A stretch of 64,000 bases of DNA from Eubacteriales bacterium (GTDB lineage: Bacteria > Bacillota > Clostridia > Oscillospirales > CAG-272), in the NCBI GenBank assembly GCA_045127235.1, contig JBGVPY010000079.1, forward strand, positions 4,471 to 68,470, in the 5' to 3' direction. The position numbers and the translations under genes are program-made. This document shows, one piece after another, positions 9,310 to 20,199 of the stretch (within the stretch, counting starts at the first letter, position 1; the number at the start of each line of letters is the position of its first letter). The notes below the pieces were generated by a model. The model did no database searches. It saw nothing but the letters and a program-made list of their open reading frames with translations, and was not told the origin of the DNA.

Positions 9310-10764
9310 ATGAAGTTGAATTTTAAAAGAATAGTTGCATTTTTATTATTATCAATAATTTTAATTGCCTCTGTGTCATGTGGCAATTCATCTGTAAGTA
9401 CTGACACAAGCACAGATACCGATAGTAATACTTCAACCGATACTTCCACAGATACAAATAACGGTGGAGGTCCAACATATAAGCCTGTTGTAACTCCTGA
9501 TAGAATTAAGTATAATGCTACATATAATGCAGCGGGAACAAAAATTAATTACGGTAAGGAAACATTGCAGGCTCCTGAGCTTGGTAAGTATTATAACAAC
9601 TACGAAGCCGCTATTTCAATGACATTTGATGATGGCGATAATGTTGAAACCGGTCATATTCTTAATGAGTTGTTTGCTAAATATGGCTTTAAGGGTACAT
9701 TGATGATAACCGCTAATAATGTTAAGAATACATACAATGAGTGGAATGAAGTGTTATCAAAGGGCTATCTTGATGTTGGTGCTCACGGGTATCATCATGC
9801 AAATCCTAATGAAATTACTGATGAAGCAACGCTTGATAGAGAAACTGTTGAAGCGGTAGAGCTTTTAAGAGAACTGTTTCCAACTCAAAAGGTTTTAACC
9901 TTTGCTACTCCCTATGCTAATATTACTAATGAATATGAAGCAAAATTAAGAGATCTTGTTGTTGCGAATCGTCTTGAGCAACATGGCAATAAGGTTGTTT
10001 ACGGTACAGAATATAATATGTATAGAGTTCAAGCTTCATCATTCAATATGAGTAAATCTCTTGATTTTATTAACAATGAAGTGGACATGGCAGTGAAGAA
10101 CGGCGCCTGGCTTGTTGAGCTTATGCACGGTGTAATCGATGGTAAAAGGTATAATACCGATATAGATAAGGATACCTTTGTTAAGCATTGTGAATATCTT
10201 TATAATAAATATAATGGTAAGGTGTGGTTCGGCTCTTTTGAAGAGGTTTCGCTTTATGTATATCAATATGAAAACTCTAAATTAGAGTATGTTGCTTGCG
10301 ATAAGGAATCTATGACATTTAAAATTACCACTGACGCAAGCCTTGATAAAGATATTTATAATATACCGATGTCTGCTAAGGTTTACGTACCTTCATATGC
10401 TACCTCAGCATACTACGTAATCAACGGCGTTGAGTATGATACCAAGGTTGAAAAGCTTGGAAGAAGTACAAGATTTGTTAATCTTTATGACATGCCAACT
10501 GACGGCACAGAGGTAAAGCTCTATTTTTCAGGCAATAAGAATGCTACCAATGGTTGCTTAATGCACAACTACAACGAATGTCAAACAGTTGAATCTACAT
10601 GCACATCACATGGATTTGTTAAAATGGAATGTATTTATTGTGGCAACACATATAATAGCACATACTATGATTTACATAATTATGTGGAAGAAATAGAGTT
10701 TGACGGAGAGCTTTACGAAAAATGCTCAGATTGCGATGCAATGCGAAAAAAAGAAGAACGGTAA
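9310..10764 (+). CDS. Polysaccharide deacetylase (NodB/CE4-like) lipoprotein
   Basis: Lipobox-like ASVSC; S/T/D linker; SMTFDDG, AHGYHH, FATPY, LMHG motifs; Cys/His-rich tail. Confidence 0.8.
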   Translation: MKLNFKRIVAFLLLSIILIASVSCGNSSVSTDTSTDTDSNTSTDTSTDTNNGGGPTYKPVVTPDRIKYNATYNAAGTKINYGKETLQAPELGKYYNNYEAAISMTFDDGDNVETGHILNELFAKYGFKGTLMITANNVKNTYNEWNEVLSKGYLDVGAHGYHHANPNEITDEATLDRETVEAVELLRELFPTQKVLTFATPYANITNEYEAKLRDLVVANRLEQHGNKVVYGTEYNMYRVQASSFNMSKSLDFINNEVDMAVKNGAWLVELMHGVIDGKRYNTDIDKDTFVKHCEYLYNKYNGKVWFGSFEEVSLYVYQYENSKLEYVACDKESMTFKITTDASLDKDIYNIPMSAKVYVPSYATSAYYVINGVEYDTKVEKLGRSTRFVNLYDMPTDGTEVKLYFSGNKNATNGCLMHNYNECQTVESTCTSHGFVKMECIYCGNTYNSTYYDLHNYVEEIEFDGELYEKCSDCDAMRKKEER

Positions 10765-10767
10765 ATA

Positions 10768-10802
10768 AAAAAACATATGCGATTTTATCGCATATGTTTT
10801 TT
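10768..10802. terminator. Bidirectional intrinsic terminator
   Basis: AAAAAACATATGCGA-loop-TCGCATATGTTTTTT. Confidence 0.85.
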
Positions 10803-10809
10803 GCTTTTA

Positions 10810-11469
10810 TTAGTCATTTCTTCTTGAAATTATTTCTAAAATTCTCAAAAATAGATTTATAATATCAAGATATAAATCAATAACACAATCTATTGCATTA
10901 TCAAGACTTTTTGGAAACTGTTGCGCTCTATACCAATCATAGCCGATATATAGAGAAAAAATTACAACGAAAATCCAGTTGAAAATACCACCGTCAAAGG
11001 AAAATAGCATTGCTATAACCTCAGCAAGTATTGATACGCCAAGAGCAATAAATAACGCTGTGCCCATTCTAGAAAATAGGTTAGGGAATAGAGTGGATAG
11101 AAGCATCATAACTGCCACAACAATGCCTGTTATTACAATAGCGGAGAATATATTTGCGGTGCTATATTCCGGCAAACAAATTGCAAGCACGGCACCAACA
11201 GGAATTACTACTAAATTATATCCTAAAAAGCTTAATCCTGGCTTGTTAGATTTAGAAATAATAATTCCCGAAATCGCTAAAACAAAATAACCTATAATGA
11301 ATACTAGAGGATTTAAATCTATAAAAAATGGACTTAAAAATTTAACCATTAAGGCATTTATAATAAAACCGTAAAGTAAGCAAGCTCCTATAACAAGGTT
11401 GTAAGCGCTTGTGGAAAGATTTTCGTGGGATTTAAATCTTTCTTGTTTCATTTCTTTTGTATCAAACAT
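10810..11469 (-). CDS. Bax inhibitor-1/YccA-family membrane protein
   Basis: About seven hydrophobic segments; YIGYDW and LYLDIINLFLRIL C-terminal signature. Confidence 0.85.
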   Translation of the reverse strand: MFDTKEMKQERFKSHENLSTSAYNLVIGACLLYGFIINALMVKFLSPFFIDLNPLVFIIGYFVLAISGIIISKSNKPGLSFLGYNLVVIPVGAVLAICLPEYSTANIFSAIVITGIVVAVMMLLSTLFPNLFSRMGTALFIALGVSILAEVIAMLFSFDGGIFNWIFVVIFSLYIGYDWYRAQQFPKSLDNAIDCVIDLYLDIINLFLRILEIISRRND

Positions 11470-11480
11470 AATAATCTCCT

Positions 11481-13439
11481 TTATTCAAGTTCAAATGCTC
11501 CTGTATAAAGCTGATAATATTTTCCTTTAAGAGCAATCAAGTCATCATGTGAGCCACGCTCAATGATTCTGCCTTGATCAAGAACCATGATTACATCTGA
11601 ATTTTTTATTGTTGATAACCTGTGAGCAATAACAAAAACAGTTCTACCTTGCATTAGAGCATCCATTCCTGCTGAAACAATGGATTCTGTTCTTGTATCA
11701 ATTGAAGAAGTGGCTTCATCAAGAATCATTACAGGCGGATCTGCAACTGCAGCTCTTGCAATGGAAATTAATTGTCTTTGGCCTTGTGATAATCCACTAC
11801 CATTTCCAGAAAGAACCGTATTATATCCATCAGGAAGCATTGAAATAAATGAATGAGCATTTGCTCGTTTAGCTGCTTCAATACACTCTTCATCAGTTGC
11901 ATCAAGCTTTCCGTAGCGAATATTATCCATAACGGTTCCTGTAAACAGGTTGACATCTTGCAATACAACACCAAGAGAGCGCCTTAAATCAGACTTTTTG
12001 ATTTTGTTAATATTTATGCCATCATATCTTATTTTTCCGTCTGCAATGTCGTAAAAACGGTTAATAAGATTGGTTATTGTTGTTTTACCTGCGCCCGTCG
12101 CACCAACAAAAGCGATTTTTTGTCCTGGCTTTGCATAGATTGATATGTCATGAAGAACAATCTTTTCTTCAGTATAACCAAAATCAACCTCATTTAAACG
12201 AACATCGCCTTTTAACTCCGTATAAGTTACGGTGCCATCTCCATGAGGATGCTTCCACGCCCACATTCCTGTTCGTTTATTACTTTCAATGATGTTACCG
12301 CTTTCATCGTATTTAGCATTTACAAGTGTAACATAACCGTCATCAACCTCGGATTTTTCATCTAAAAGCTCAAATACGCGGTCTGCACCTGCAAGTCCCA
12401 TAATTATTGCATTTGCTTGCTGTGAAAGCTGTGAAATATTATTTGTAAATTGCTTTGACATACCAAGGAAAGGTATTATTGTAGCAATAGTTAAGGGATT
12501 TCCTGAAAGTGATAGATTTGGGATTTCAAAAAAGTAGAGCATAGAACCAACTAAAACGAGAAGCACATAGAGAATGTGTCCTAGGTTATTGATAATAGGC
12601 ATAAGAGTATTTGCGTATTTGTTTGCCTTAGTTGAGTCATTGCAAAGCTGAGCATTAAGATTGTAAAATTCCTCCTTGGTTTTTGGTTCATGATTGAATA
12701 CTTTAACAACCTTTTGTCCATTAATCATTTCTTCGACATATCCCTCGCATTTACCTAAGGACTGTTGTTGACGAATAAAATATTTAGCACCGCCACCGCC
12801 AATAAATTTAGAAACAAAAAGCATAGCAATTACACCAACGAGTACAACAAGCGTCATCCAAACACTAAAGTAGAGCATAATACCTGAAACAACACAGATA
12901 ATAATAATAGATGTAATTAGCTGAGGTATTGATTGAGAAACTAATTGACGAAGTGTGTCTATATCATTAGTATAGTGGGACATAATATCGCCATGCTTAT
13001 GCGTATCAAAATACTTAATAGGTAGTGTTTGCATTTTACCAAACATAAGAATACGCATTTTATGCAAGAAGCCTTGAGATACAATAGCCATAGTTCTTGT
13101 TTTAGTATATGAGGCTATTAGACCGATTATATATATTAAAATTAAGAAACCAACAGCTTTTTTTATAGAAGGTAAAACTTGATTTAATGCCTCTTGCTTA
13201 TCCATGCCACCCTTTACTAGCTCAAGACCTGTTTCGGCATCAGTCAAAACTGAATTTTGAAAAATTCCTGGTAGAGCGGTAGCCATTGAACTTAATAGAA
13301 TACAAATAAGGACTAATATAAATTGCTTTTTATAGAACGAAAAGACATATTTCAATAATCTACTGAATGTGCCTTTTCTAGCTTTTTTCATGGGCCTACC
13401 CATGCTTGGCTGACGGGGATTGTGTATTGGTTTACTCAT
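11481..13439 (-). CDS. ABC exporter half-transporter (TMD+NBD), consensus catalytic site
   Basis: GATGAGKT, LSQGQRQ, ILDEATSS, IAHRLST. Confidence 0.93.
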   Translation of the reverse strand: MSKPIHNPRQPSMGRPMKKARKGTFSRLLKYVFSFYKKQFILVLICILLSSMATALPGIFQNSVLTDAETGLELVKGGMDKQEALNQVLPSIKKAVGFLILIYIIGLIASYTKTRTMAIVSQGFLHKMRILMFGKMQTLPIKYFDTHKHGDIMSHYTNDIDTLRQLVSQSIPQLITSIIIICVVSGIMLYFSVWMTLVVLVGVIAMLFVSKFIGGGGAKYFIRQQQSLGKCEGYVEEMINGQKVVKVFNHEPKTKEEFYNLNAQLCNDSTKANKYANTLMPIINNLGHILYVLLVLVGSMLYFFEIPNLSLSGNPLTIATIIPFLGMSKQFTNNISQLSQQANAIIMGLAGADRVFELLDEKSEVDDGYVTLVNAKYDESGNIIESNKRTGMWAWKHPHGDGTVTYTELKGDVRLNEVDFGYTEEKIVLHDISIYAKPGQKIAFVGATGAGKTTITNLINRFYDIADGKIRYDGININKIKKSDLRRSLGVVLQDVNLFTGTVMDNIRYGKLDATDEECIEAAKRANAHSFISMLPDGYNTVLSGNGSGLSQGQRQLISIARAAVADPPVMILDEATSSIDTRTESIVSAGMDALMQGRTVFVIAHRLSTIKNSDVIMVLDQGRIIERGSHDDLIALKGKYYQLYTGAFELE

Positions 13440-15241
13440 TCCATTTTACCCCCTTTTGTCTGTGATTCATAAATTTCTTTATAAATTTCATTATTTATAA
13501 GTAAAGATTCGTGATTTCCTATTCCGTTAATTTTGCCATCATCAAGAATTATAATAACATCAGCATCTTCAACGCTTGAAATTCTTTGGGCAATAATAAT
13601 TTTCGTTGTATTAGGAATTTCCTCTTTCATTGCTTTTCTGATAAGAGCATCGGTCTTTGTGTCAACTGCACTTGTAGAGTCATCCATAATAAGGATTTTT
13701 GGCTTTTTTAGTAGAGCTCTAGCAATGCAAAGTCTTTGCTTTTGTCCACCAGAAACATTAGTACCGCCTTGCTCAATGTAAGTATCATATTTATCAGGAA
13801 ACGCTTGAATAAATTCATCTGCGCAAGCTAGCTTACAAACGCGAACCATTTCATCATCAGTTGCATTTTCATTTCCCCATCTAAGATTCTCCTTGATTGT
13901 TCCAGAGAAGAGAATATTTTTTTGTAGCACAACACTCACAGAGTTGCGAAGAGAAACAAGGTCGTAGTCCTTAACATTGACACCACCTACTAAAACGGAG
14001 CCCTCACTAACATCGTAAAGACGCGGAATGAGCTGAATTAACGAAGATTTGGAGCTTCCTGTACCGCCAATAATTCCTACAGTTTGCCCTGATTTGATAT
14101 GCAAATTAATATCACATAATGCATATTTTTCAGCCCTTTGAGCATATTTAAATTTTACACACTTAAATTCAATTTCTCCATTTTCAACAGTCATAACTGG
14201 GTTTTTAGGATTTTTGATTGTTGTTTCTTCGTTTAACACCTCGGAAATACGCTTTGCACATTCAGCTGACATTGTAAGCATTACAAAAATCATTGATATC
14301 ATCATTAGACTCATGAGTATTTGCATGCCATATGTTAAAAGAGCAGAGAATTCTCCAATAATAATCTTGCCTGTAACAATATTCTGTGATCCAAAAAGAC
14401 AAACACAAACCATAACCGTGTACATGCAAAGAAGCATAAGTGGATCATTAAAAGCAAGGATTTTATCTGCTTTTACAAAATCATTAGCTACATCTAATGA
14501 GGATTTTTCAAACTTTTCATTTTCGTGATTTTCGCGAACAAATGATTTAACAACTCTCATTCCATGCACATTTTCTTGAACAGAGCCATTTAATGTGTCA
14601 TATTTTTTGAATACTTTTCTGAAAATAGGCATTGCTTTTTTAGCAATTGTTAAAAGACCAAAAATTAAAATTGGTACAACAACCGCAAAAATAAACGCCA
14701 TACTACCGCCACGAACAAAAGCCATGATTATTGAGAAAATAAACATAAATGGGGAACGAATAGCTGTTCGTATAATCATCATAAATGATTGTTGAACATT
14801 AGTTACATCGGTAGTTAATCTTGTTACAAGGCTTGAAGTGGAAAATTTATCAATATTTTCAAAGGAAAAATCCTGTGATTTATTAAATAAAGCTGTACGA
14901 AGATTTTTTGCAAAGCCACATGAAGCTTTTGCACATGTAATGCCCGCAATAGTTCCAAATGATAATGACATAAGTGCCATAACAATAAGGAGTATGCAAT
15001 ATCCACCAACTACAGCAAGGGGCTTGCCGGGAACGAGATTTTCAATAAAATAGATAAATCCTTTTGTTAGTATTGCATCAGATACATTATAGTCATCTTG
15101 AACGAATGTAATTAAATCTGCGGAAAAGAACGGAATTAAACATTCCATTACAACCTCAAGTGAAACAATGATGGGAGTTAAAATGGCGTAAATTTTATAT
15201 TTCCCAACATATTTTGAAAGTTGCTTAAAAATTTTAAACAT
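13436..15241 (-). CDS. ABC exporter half-transporter (TMD+NBD), degenerate site; heterodimer partner of the downstream gene
   Basis: GGTGSSKS, VSGGQKQR, Walker B MDDS (E to D), IAQR (H to Q), the TM287/288-type pattern; 4-nt overlap with partner. Confidence 0.93.
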   Translation of the reverse strand: MFKIFKQLSKYVGKYKIYAILTPIIVSLEVVMECLIPFFSADLITFVQDDYNVSDAILTKGFIYFIENLVPGKPLAVVGGYCILLIVMALMSLSFGTIAGITCAKASCGFAKNLRTALFNKSQDFSFENIDKFSTSSLVTRLTTDVTNVQQSFMMIIRTAIRSPFMFIFSIIMAFVRGGSMAFIFAVVVPILIFGLLTIAKKAMPIFRKVFKKYDTLNGSVQENVHGMRVVKSFVRENHENEKFEKSSLDVANDFVKADKILAFNDPLMLLCMYTVMVCVCLFGSQNIVTGKIIIGEFSALLTYGMQILMSLMMISMIFVMLTMSAECAKRISEVLNEETTIKNPKNPVMTVENGEIEFKCVKFKYAQRAEKYALCDINLHIKSGQTVGIIGGTGSSKSSLIQLIPRLYDVSEGSVLVGGVNVKDYDLVSLRNSVSVVLQKNILFSGTIKENLRWGNENATDDEMVRVCKLACADEFIQAFPDKYDTYIEQGGTNVSGGQKQRLCIARALLKKPKILIMDDSTSAVDTKTDALIRKAMKEEIPNTTKIIIAQRISSVEDADVIIILDDGKINGIGNHESLLINNEIYKEIYESQTKGGKME

Positions 15242-15377
15242 AGTAACATCCTTTCAAATAAAAAATATAATATAATATTTTATCATTTTTTAAAATACAA
15301 GTCAATAAATATAGACAAATATTATGTGTAAATTTTATATGTAATCTTTAAAATTTTGTTGTCTAATTAGTAAAAAG

Positions 15378-15402
15378 AAAAAGCCTCGTCAAAGACGAGG
15401 CT
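15378..15402 (-). terminator. Intrinsic terminator of tRNA-Leu
   Basis: Minus strand AGCCTCGTC-TTT-GACGAGGCT followed by a T-rich tract. Confidence 0.85.
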
Positions 15403-15488
15403 GGTGCCGGTGATCGGGGTCGAACCGATACGGTATCGCTACCATCGGATTTTGAGTCCGACACGTCTGCCAATTCCATCACACCGGC
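15402..15488 (-). tRNA. tRNA-Leu (CAA), CCA-encoding
   Basis: Minus strand GCCGGTG..D-loop GGAATTGGCAGAC..anticodon loop CTCAAAA..long variable arm..GGTTCGACCCC..CACCGGCACCA. Confidence 0.95.
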
Positions 15489-15614
15489 GTGTGCAAGTTA
15501 TTGTAACATAAAAAAATAAACTTTTCAATAGTTTTTTCTAATTTTTTTAAATTATATTGCAACTTTTTGAAAAATATGCTAATATATCAATATGAATTGT
15601 AAAAGGAGCAAATT

Positions 15615-15992
15615 ATGTCTGACTTTTCTTTAATTAGTGCAGCTGCACTTGCATATCTTGGCGACTCTGTTCTTGAATGCTTAATTCGTGAAAGACTTAT
15701 TTTAAAGGGCTTTGAAAAATCGGGAAAATTAAATACGGAAGCATTAAAATATGTAACAGCAGTTAATCAAGCAAAGGCGTATGCAAATATAGAAGCTATT
15801 CTTACCGAAAAGGAAGCCGACATTTTTCGCCGTGGAAAAAATTCCTCTCACTTAAATATTCCTAAAAGCGCATCTCCAAAGGAATATAAAACAGCAACCG
15901 GCTTTGAATCAATCTTTGGTTTTTTAAAGCTTTGTAGGGACGAAGAAAGAATTTTATATTTATTTAATTTAGCATATACAGATTTAAACTAA
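15615..15992 (+). CDS. mrnC: Mini-ribonuclease III
   Basis: LAYLGDSV, YVTAVNQAK, IFRRGKN, EYKTATGFESIFGFL; no dsRBD. Confidence 0.88.
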   Translation: MSDFSLISAAALAYLGDSVLECLIRERLILKGFEKSGKLNTEALKYVTAVNQAKAYANIEAILTEKEADIFRRGKNSSHLNIPKSASPKEYKTATGFESIFGFLKLCRDEERILYLFNLAYTDLN

Positions 15993-16021
15993 ACTGCAAT
16001 AAAATTTGTTGCAGTTTTTTC
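15991..16021 (+). terminator. Intrinsic terminator
   Basis: AAACTGCAA-loop-TTGCAGTTTTTT. Confidence 0.7.
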
Positions 16022-16091
16022 TTTTGCTTATTTACTTTTTAATATAGATATGATATACTAGTTAAGATAATGATAGAAACGGAAATTTAAA

Positions 16092-18449
16092 ATGACAGAA
16101 CAACAAAATGTAAGGATACAAAAAGCTAAAAAAGCGCTTTTTGATAAATATTATTCCTTCCTTAATGAGGAACAAAGAAGAGCAGTTTACACAGTAAAAG
16201 GTCCTGTTTTAATTCTTGCTGGTGCAGGAAGTGGCAAAACAACTGTTCTTGTGAATAGAATTGCTCACATAATCAAGTATGGAAATGCTTATTATAGCGA
16301 GTGCCTTCCTGACTTTATAACAGATGATACGATTGAGGACCTTGAAAATGCTGTAAATCTTCCTAATGAATATATTGAAAAATATTTAGATTTATTTGCT
16401 ACAGAAAATTGTAAGCCGTGGGGAATTTTAGCCATTACTTTTACAAATAAAGCGGCAAATGAAATTAAAGAAAGACTTGTAAAAACGGTTGGTGAGGAAG
16501 CAACAAGCATATGGGCAGGAACATTCCATTCAATTTGTATGAGAATATTACGTCAATTTGGCGAACAGGTAGGATATCTACCAGGCTTTAGCGTATGCGA
16601 TACAGATGACTCTAAAAAGGTAATATCTCAATGCTTAAAGGATTTAAAAATCGACGAGAAAAAGTTACCTATAAAAGCAGTAATGAATGAAATCAGCAGT
16701 GCTAAGGATCAGCTTATGACTCCTGATGAATATGCCTTTGAAGCAGGAAATGATTTTAAATATAAACAAATTGCACAAGTTTATGAGTTGTATCAAAAAA
16801 GATTAATGGATTCAAATGTCCTTGATTTTGATGATATTATAATGAAAACTGTTCAATTATTTACTCAAAATCCCGATACCTTAGCGTATTGGCAAAATAA
16901 GTTCAAGTTTGTCTGCGTTGATGAGTATCAAGATACTAACAAAGCGCAATTTGCTTTAGTTTCATTGATATCAAATTTTTATAATAACATTATGGTAGTT
17001 GGCGATGATGATCAAAGTATTTATAAGTTTAGAGGCGCTACCATAGAAAACATTTTAAAATTTGATGAAAAATATTCCGATTCAACGGTAATTAAGCTTG
17101 AACAAAATTATCGCTCAACATCAAATATCTTAAATGCTGCAAATAGCATAATTAAAAACAACTATCATAAGCATCAAAAGGAGCTTTGGTGTGATAATGA
17201 TGAGGGCGATAAAATTATAGTTAAGGAAACGCAAACTCAAAATGATGAGTCAAGATATATAATTGATAAAATCGTATCTTTACATAAAGAAAGAAATCTC
17301 ACATACCGTGATTTTGCCATTCTTTATAGAGTAAATGCGCAATCAATGAATCTTGAAACAATGTTTGCTAAAAGCGGTATTCCTTATAGAATGTTAGGAT
17401 CATTACGATTCTATGATAGAAAAGAAGTAAAGGATATAATTGCATATTTGCATGTAATAAACAATCCAAGCGATAATATTCATCTTAACAGAATAGTAAA
17501 TGAGCCAAAGCGTGGAATAGGCGATACTTCATATAATACGGCCTCTCAAATTGGCGAGGAATTACATCTTCCTACTATAAAAATTCTTGAAAATGCGCAT
17601 AATTATAATGCAATTCCAATGCGTGCTGCAAATTCAATGACTGCTTTTGCAAGGATAATGATAGGCTTGATAGAGGACATGGAGCATATGACTCTTTGCG
17701 AGCTTACAAGACAAGTAATTAAGCGTACAGGCTATGAGGCTGATTTGATATCTAAAGGTCAGGTTGAGGCTGAAAGACTTGAAAACCTAGAAGCGCTATG
17801 TACTGCTGTTAGAGAATATGAGATAGCAAACGAAAATCCTACTTTATCAGGATTTTTAGAGGAAGTTGCGCTTATTTCAGATATAGACAGATACGATGAA
17901 AGCGCTGATGCAGTAACACTTATGACGATTCACTCTGCTAAGGGACTTGAATTTCCAATAGTGTTCTTGCCAGGCATGGAAGAAAACGTTTTCCCGGGAG
18001 CTCAATCAATAGCAGATCCTTCAGAAATTGAAGAAGAGAGAAGACTTGCGTATGTAGCCGTTACAAGAGCAAAGAAAACTCTTATAATTACTCATACAAG
18101 AGAAAGAATGCTTTATGGTATGACGCAAAGAAATCCACTTTCAAGATTCGTTAGAGAAATAGATCAAAAATATCTTGATATTCAAAGGGATAAGCCTGTA
18201 AGCACGTTTATTGCAAGACAAAGTCAAGGTGGAAGTCAATCTTACGGTCAAAGCTTCAAAAAGCCTGAACCTCAAAAAATTGTTCCATATGAGATTGGCG
18301 ATAGAATTAACCACTTTACATTTGGCGAAGGTACAGTCTTAAATGTAATCCCTATGAGCTCTGACTTTATGTACGAAATTGCATTTGATAGAGTAGGTAC
18401 AAAAAAATTAATGGCAACATATGTTGCTAAATTGATGAAGAAAATTTAA
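16092..18449 (+). CDS. pcrA: ATP-dependent DNA helicase PcrA/UvrD
   Basis: LAGAGSGKT, AITFTNKAA, VDEYQDTN, VGDDDQSIYKFRGA, LEQNYRST, MTIHSAKGLEF, EERRLAYVAVTRA. Confidence 0.95.
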   Translation: MTEQQNVRIQKAKKALFDKYYSFLNEEQRRAVYTVKGPVLILAGAGSGKTTVLVNRIAHIIKYGNAYYSECLPDFITDDTIEDLENAVNLPNEYIEKYLDLFATENCKPWGILAITFTNKAANEIKERLVKTVGEEATSIWAGTFHSICMRILRQFGEQVGYLPGFSVCDTDDSKKVISQCLKDLKIDEKKLPIKAVMNEISSAKDQLMTPDEYAFEAGNDFKYKQIAQVYELYQKRLMDSNVLDFDDIIMKTVQLFTQNPDTLAYWQNKFKFVCVDEYQDTNKAQFALVSLISNFYNNIMVVGDDDQSIYKFRGATIENILKFDEKYSDSTVIKLEQNYRSTSNILNAANSIIKNNYHKHQKELWCDNDEGDKIIVKETQTQNDESRYIIDKIVSLHKERNLTYRDFAILYRVNAQSMNLETMFAKSGIPYRMLGSLRFYDRKEVKDIIAYLHVINNPSDNIHLNRIVNEPKRGIGDTSYNTASQIGEELHLPTIKILENAHNYNAIPMRAANSMTAFARIMIGLIEDMEHMTLCELTRQVIKRTGYEADLISKGQVEAERLENLEALCTAVREYEIANENPTLSGFLEEVALISDIDRYDESADAVTLMTIHSAKGLEFPIVFLPGMEENVFPGAQSIADPSEIEEERRLAYVAVTRAKKTLIITHTRERMLYGMTQRNPLSRFVREIDQKYLDIQRDKPVSTFIARQSQGGSQSYGQSFKKPEPQKIVPYEIGDRINHFTFGEGTVLNVIPMSSDFMYEIAFDRVGTKKLMATYVAKLMKKI

Positions 18450-18467
18450 TTTTAAGGAGATAAAATC

Positions 18468-20189
18468 ATGAATATTCCAAGACCTGAGCATCCCAATCCC
18501 CAGTTTGAAAGAGAAAATTGGGTAAACCTTAATGGAGAGTGGGAGTTTGAATTTGATTACGGCATAAGCGGAAGAGACAGAAAATTCAACGAAAGAACAT
18601 CTTTAAATTCAAAAATCATTGTTCCATTCTGTCCAGAAAGTGTTTTATCGGGAATAGGCAATACCGACTTTTTGAACTGCGTTTGGTATCTTAAAAAGGT
18701 TAAAATTAAGAACACTAATAAAAGAGTAATCCTACATTTCGGCGCTGTTGACTATGAAAGCTATATTTATATAAACAGCAAAGAGGTATATCACAATATC
18801 GGTGGTTATATCGGCTTTGAAATTGATATCACAGATTATGTAGAAAATGGAAAAGAAAATATTATTACAGTTTGTGCTATTGATACTAATCCAAAGGGTA
18901 AGGCATCAGGCAAGCAATCAAAGAATTACTATTCTATGGGCTGTGATTACACAAGAACAACCGGTATTTGGCAAACTGTTTGGCTTGAATATGTAGAGCA
19001 AAATTATATTAAGAGTGTTAAATATTATACATCTATTGAGCAAAAGAACATTCAAATTGAGGTTGAGGCAGTTGGTAACGCTAAATTCACTGCTAAAGCA
19101 ACATATAAAGGTAAGGAAATGGGCGAAGTTTCCGTTAAACTTAACGAAGGCATTAGTCGTGTAACATTACCGCTTAAGGAGCTTCATTTATGGGAAGCGG
19201 GACATGGAAGGCTTTATGATTTAGAGCTTACATATGGCAAGGATGTAGTAAAGAGCTACTTCGGTATAAGAAGCACTCGCTTTGACAACAAACATTACAT
19301 ATTGAATAATAAGCCATTTTATCTTCGCACTGTATTAGACCAGGGCTTCTATAAGAAGGGTATTTATACTGCTGAAACAGAAGAAGAGCTTGTAAGAGAT
19401 ATTTATCTATCACTTGATGCTGGATTTAACGGCGCGAGACTCCACCAAAAGGTTTTTGAAAAGAGATTTTTATATCATTGTGATAAACTTGGATATTTAG
19501 TATTCGGCGAAACGGGCAACTGGGGACTTGATCACTCAAACATGGAACAGCTAACACCGTTTTTACTTGAATGGCAAAGAGAAATTGCAAGAGACTTCAA
19601 TCATCCGTCAATTATTGGTTGGTGCCCTCTTAATGAAACATGGGATTTTGAAAATAAGCATCAAAATGATGACTTTATAAGAGCATTATACTATACAACA
19701 AAAAGTATTGATACAACACGTCCTTGCGTAGGCACAAGCGGTAACTATCAGGTTGTATCTGATATTTATGACTTACACGACTATATCCAAGAAAAGGATA
19801 AATTTGAAGAAATTTACCTTGCGTCAACATATGAAGAAATGGCGGAAAAGTACGATAAGTCTCACGATTGGGTTTCTAAATATCAAAAATCAGTTGATTA
19901 TAAAGGTATGGCGCTTTATCTTAGCGAATATGGTGGAATTCAATGGGATACTGATGGTGTAGGCGGCTGGGGCTACGGTAACGGACCTAAGACAATAGAG
20001 GAATTCTATGATAGATATGAATATCTTACAAAGGCTCTTGTAGATAGCCCATATATCTGTGGCTTCTGTTATACTCAGTTATATGACGTAGAACAAGAGG
20101 TTAACGGTATCTATACATATGAAAGAAAGCCAAAATTCGATATGGATAGAATTAAGAAAATTACACAATACGAAAAGAATGATAAATAA
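18468..20189 (+). CDS. Glycoside hydrolase family 2 (beta-galactosidase/beta-glucuronidase-like)
   Basis: NLNGEWEF, LHFGAVDY, TTGIWQTVWLE, NHPSIIGWCPLNE (acid/base), LSEYGG (nucleophile). Confidence 0.9.
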   Translation: MNIPRPEHPNPQFERENWVNLNGEWEFEFDYGISGRDRKFNERTSLNSKIIVPFCPESVLSGIGNTDFLNCVWYLKKVKIKNTNKRVILHFGAVDYESYIYINSKEVYHNIGGYIGFEIDITDYVENGKENIITVCAIDTNPKGKASGKQSKNYYSMGCDYTRTTGIWQTVWLEYVEQNYIKSVKYYTSIEQKNIQIEVEAVGNAKFTAKATYKGKEMGEVSVKLNEGISRVTLPLKELHLWEAGHGRLYDLELTYGKDVVKSYFGIRSTRFDNKHYILNNKPFYLRTVLDQGFYKKGIYTAETEEELVRDIYLSLDAGFNGARLHQKVFEKRFLYHCDKLGYLVFGETGNWGLDHSNMEQLTPFLLEWQREIARDFNHPSIIGWCPLNETWDFENKHQNDDFIRALYYTTKSIDTTRPCVGTSGNYQVVSDIYDLHDYIQEKDKFEEIYLASTYEEMAEKYDKSHDWVSKYQKSVDYKGMALYLSEYGGIQWDTDGVGGWGYGNGPKTIEEFYDRYEYLTKALVDSPYICGFCYTQLYDVEQEVNGIYTYERKPKFDMDRIKKITQYEKNDK

Positions 20190-20199
20190 GAGGTAAATT

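Noticed and set aside
15402-15488. tRNA-Leu as an integration site for an island
   Set aside because: No duplicated tRNA 3' end and no integrase were seen; the tRNA is followed directly by its terminator.
16260-16420. ~40-aa insertion in PcrA after motif I
   Set aside because: It has no intein or endonuclease features and looks like a clade-level loop insertion; useful only as a taxonomic marker.
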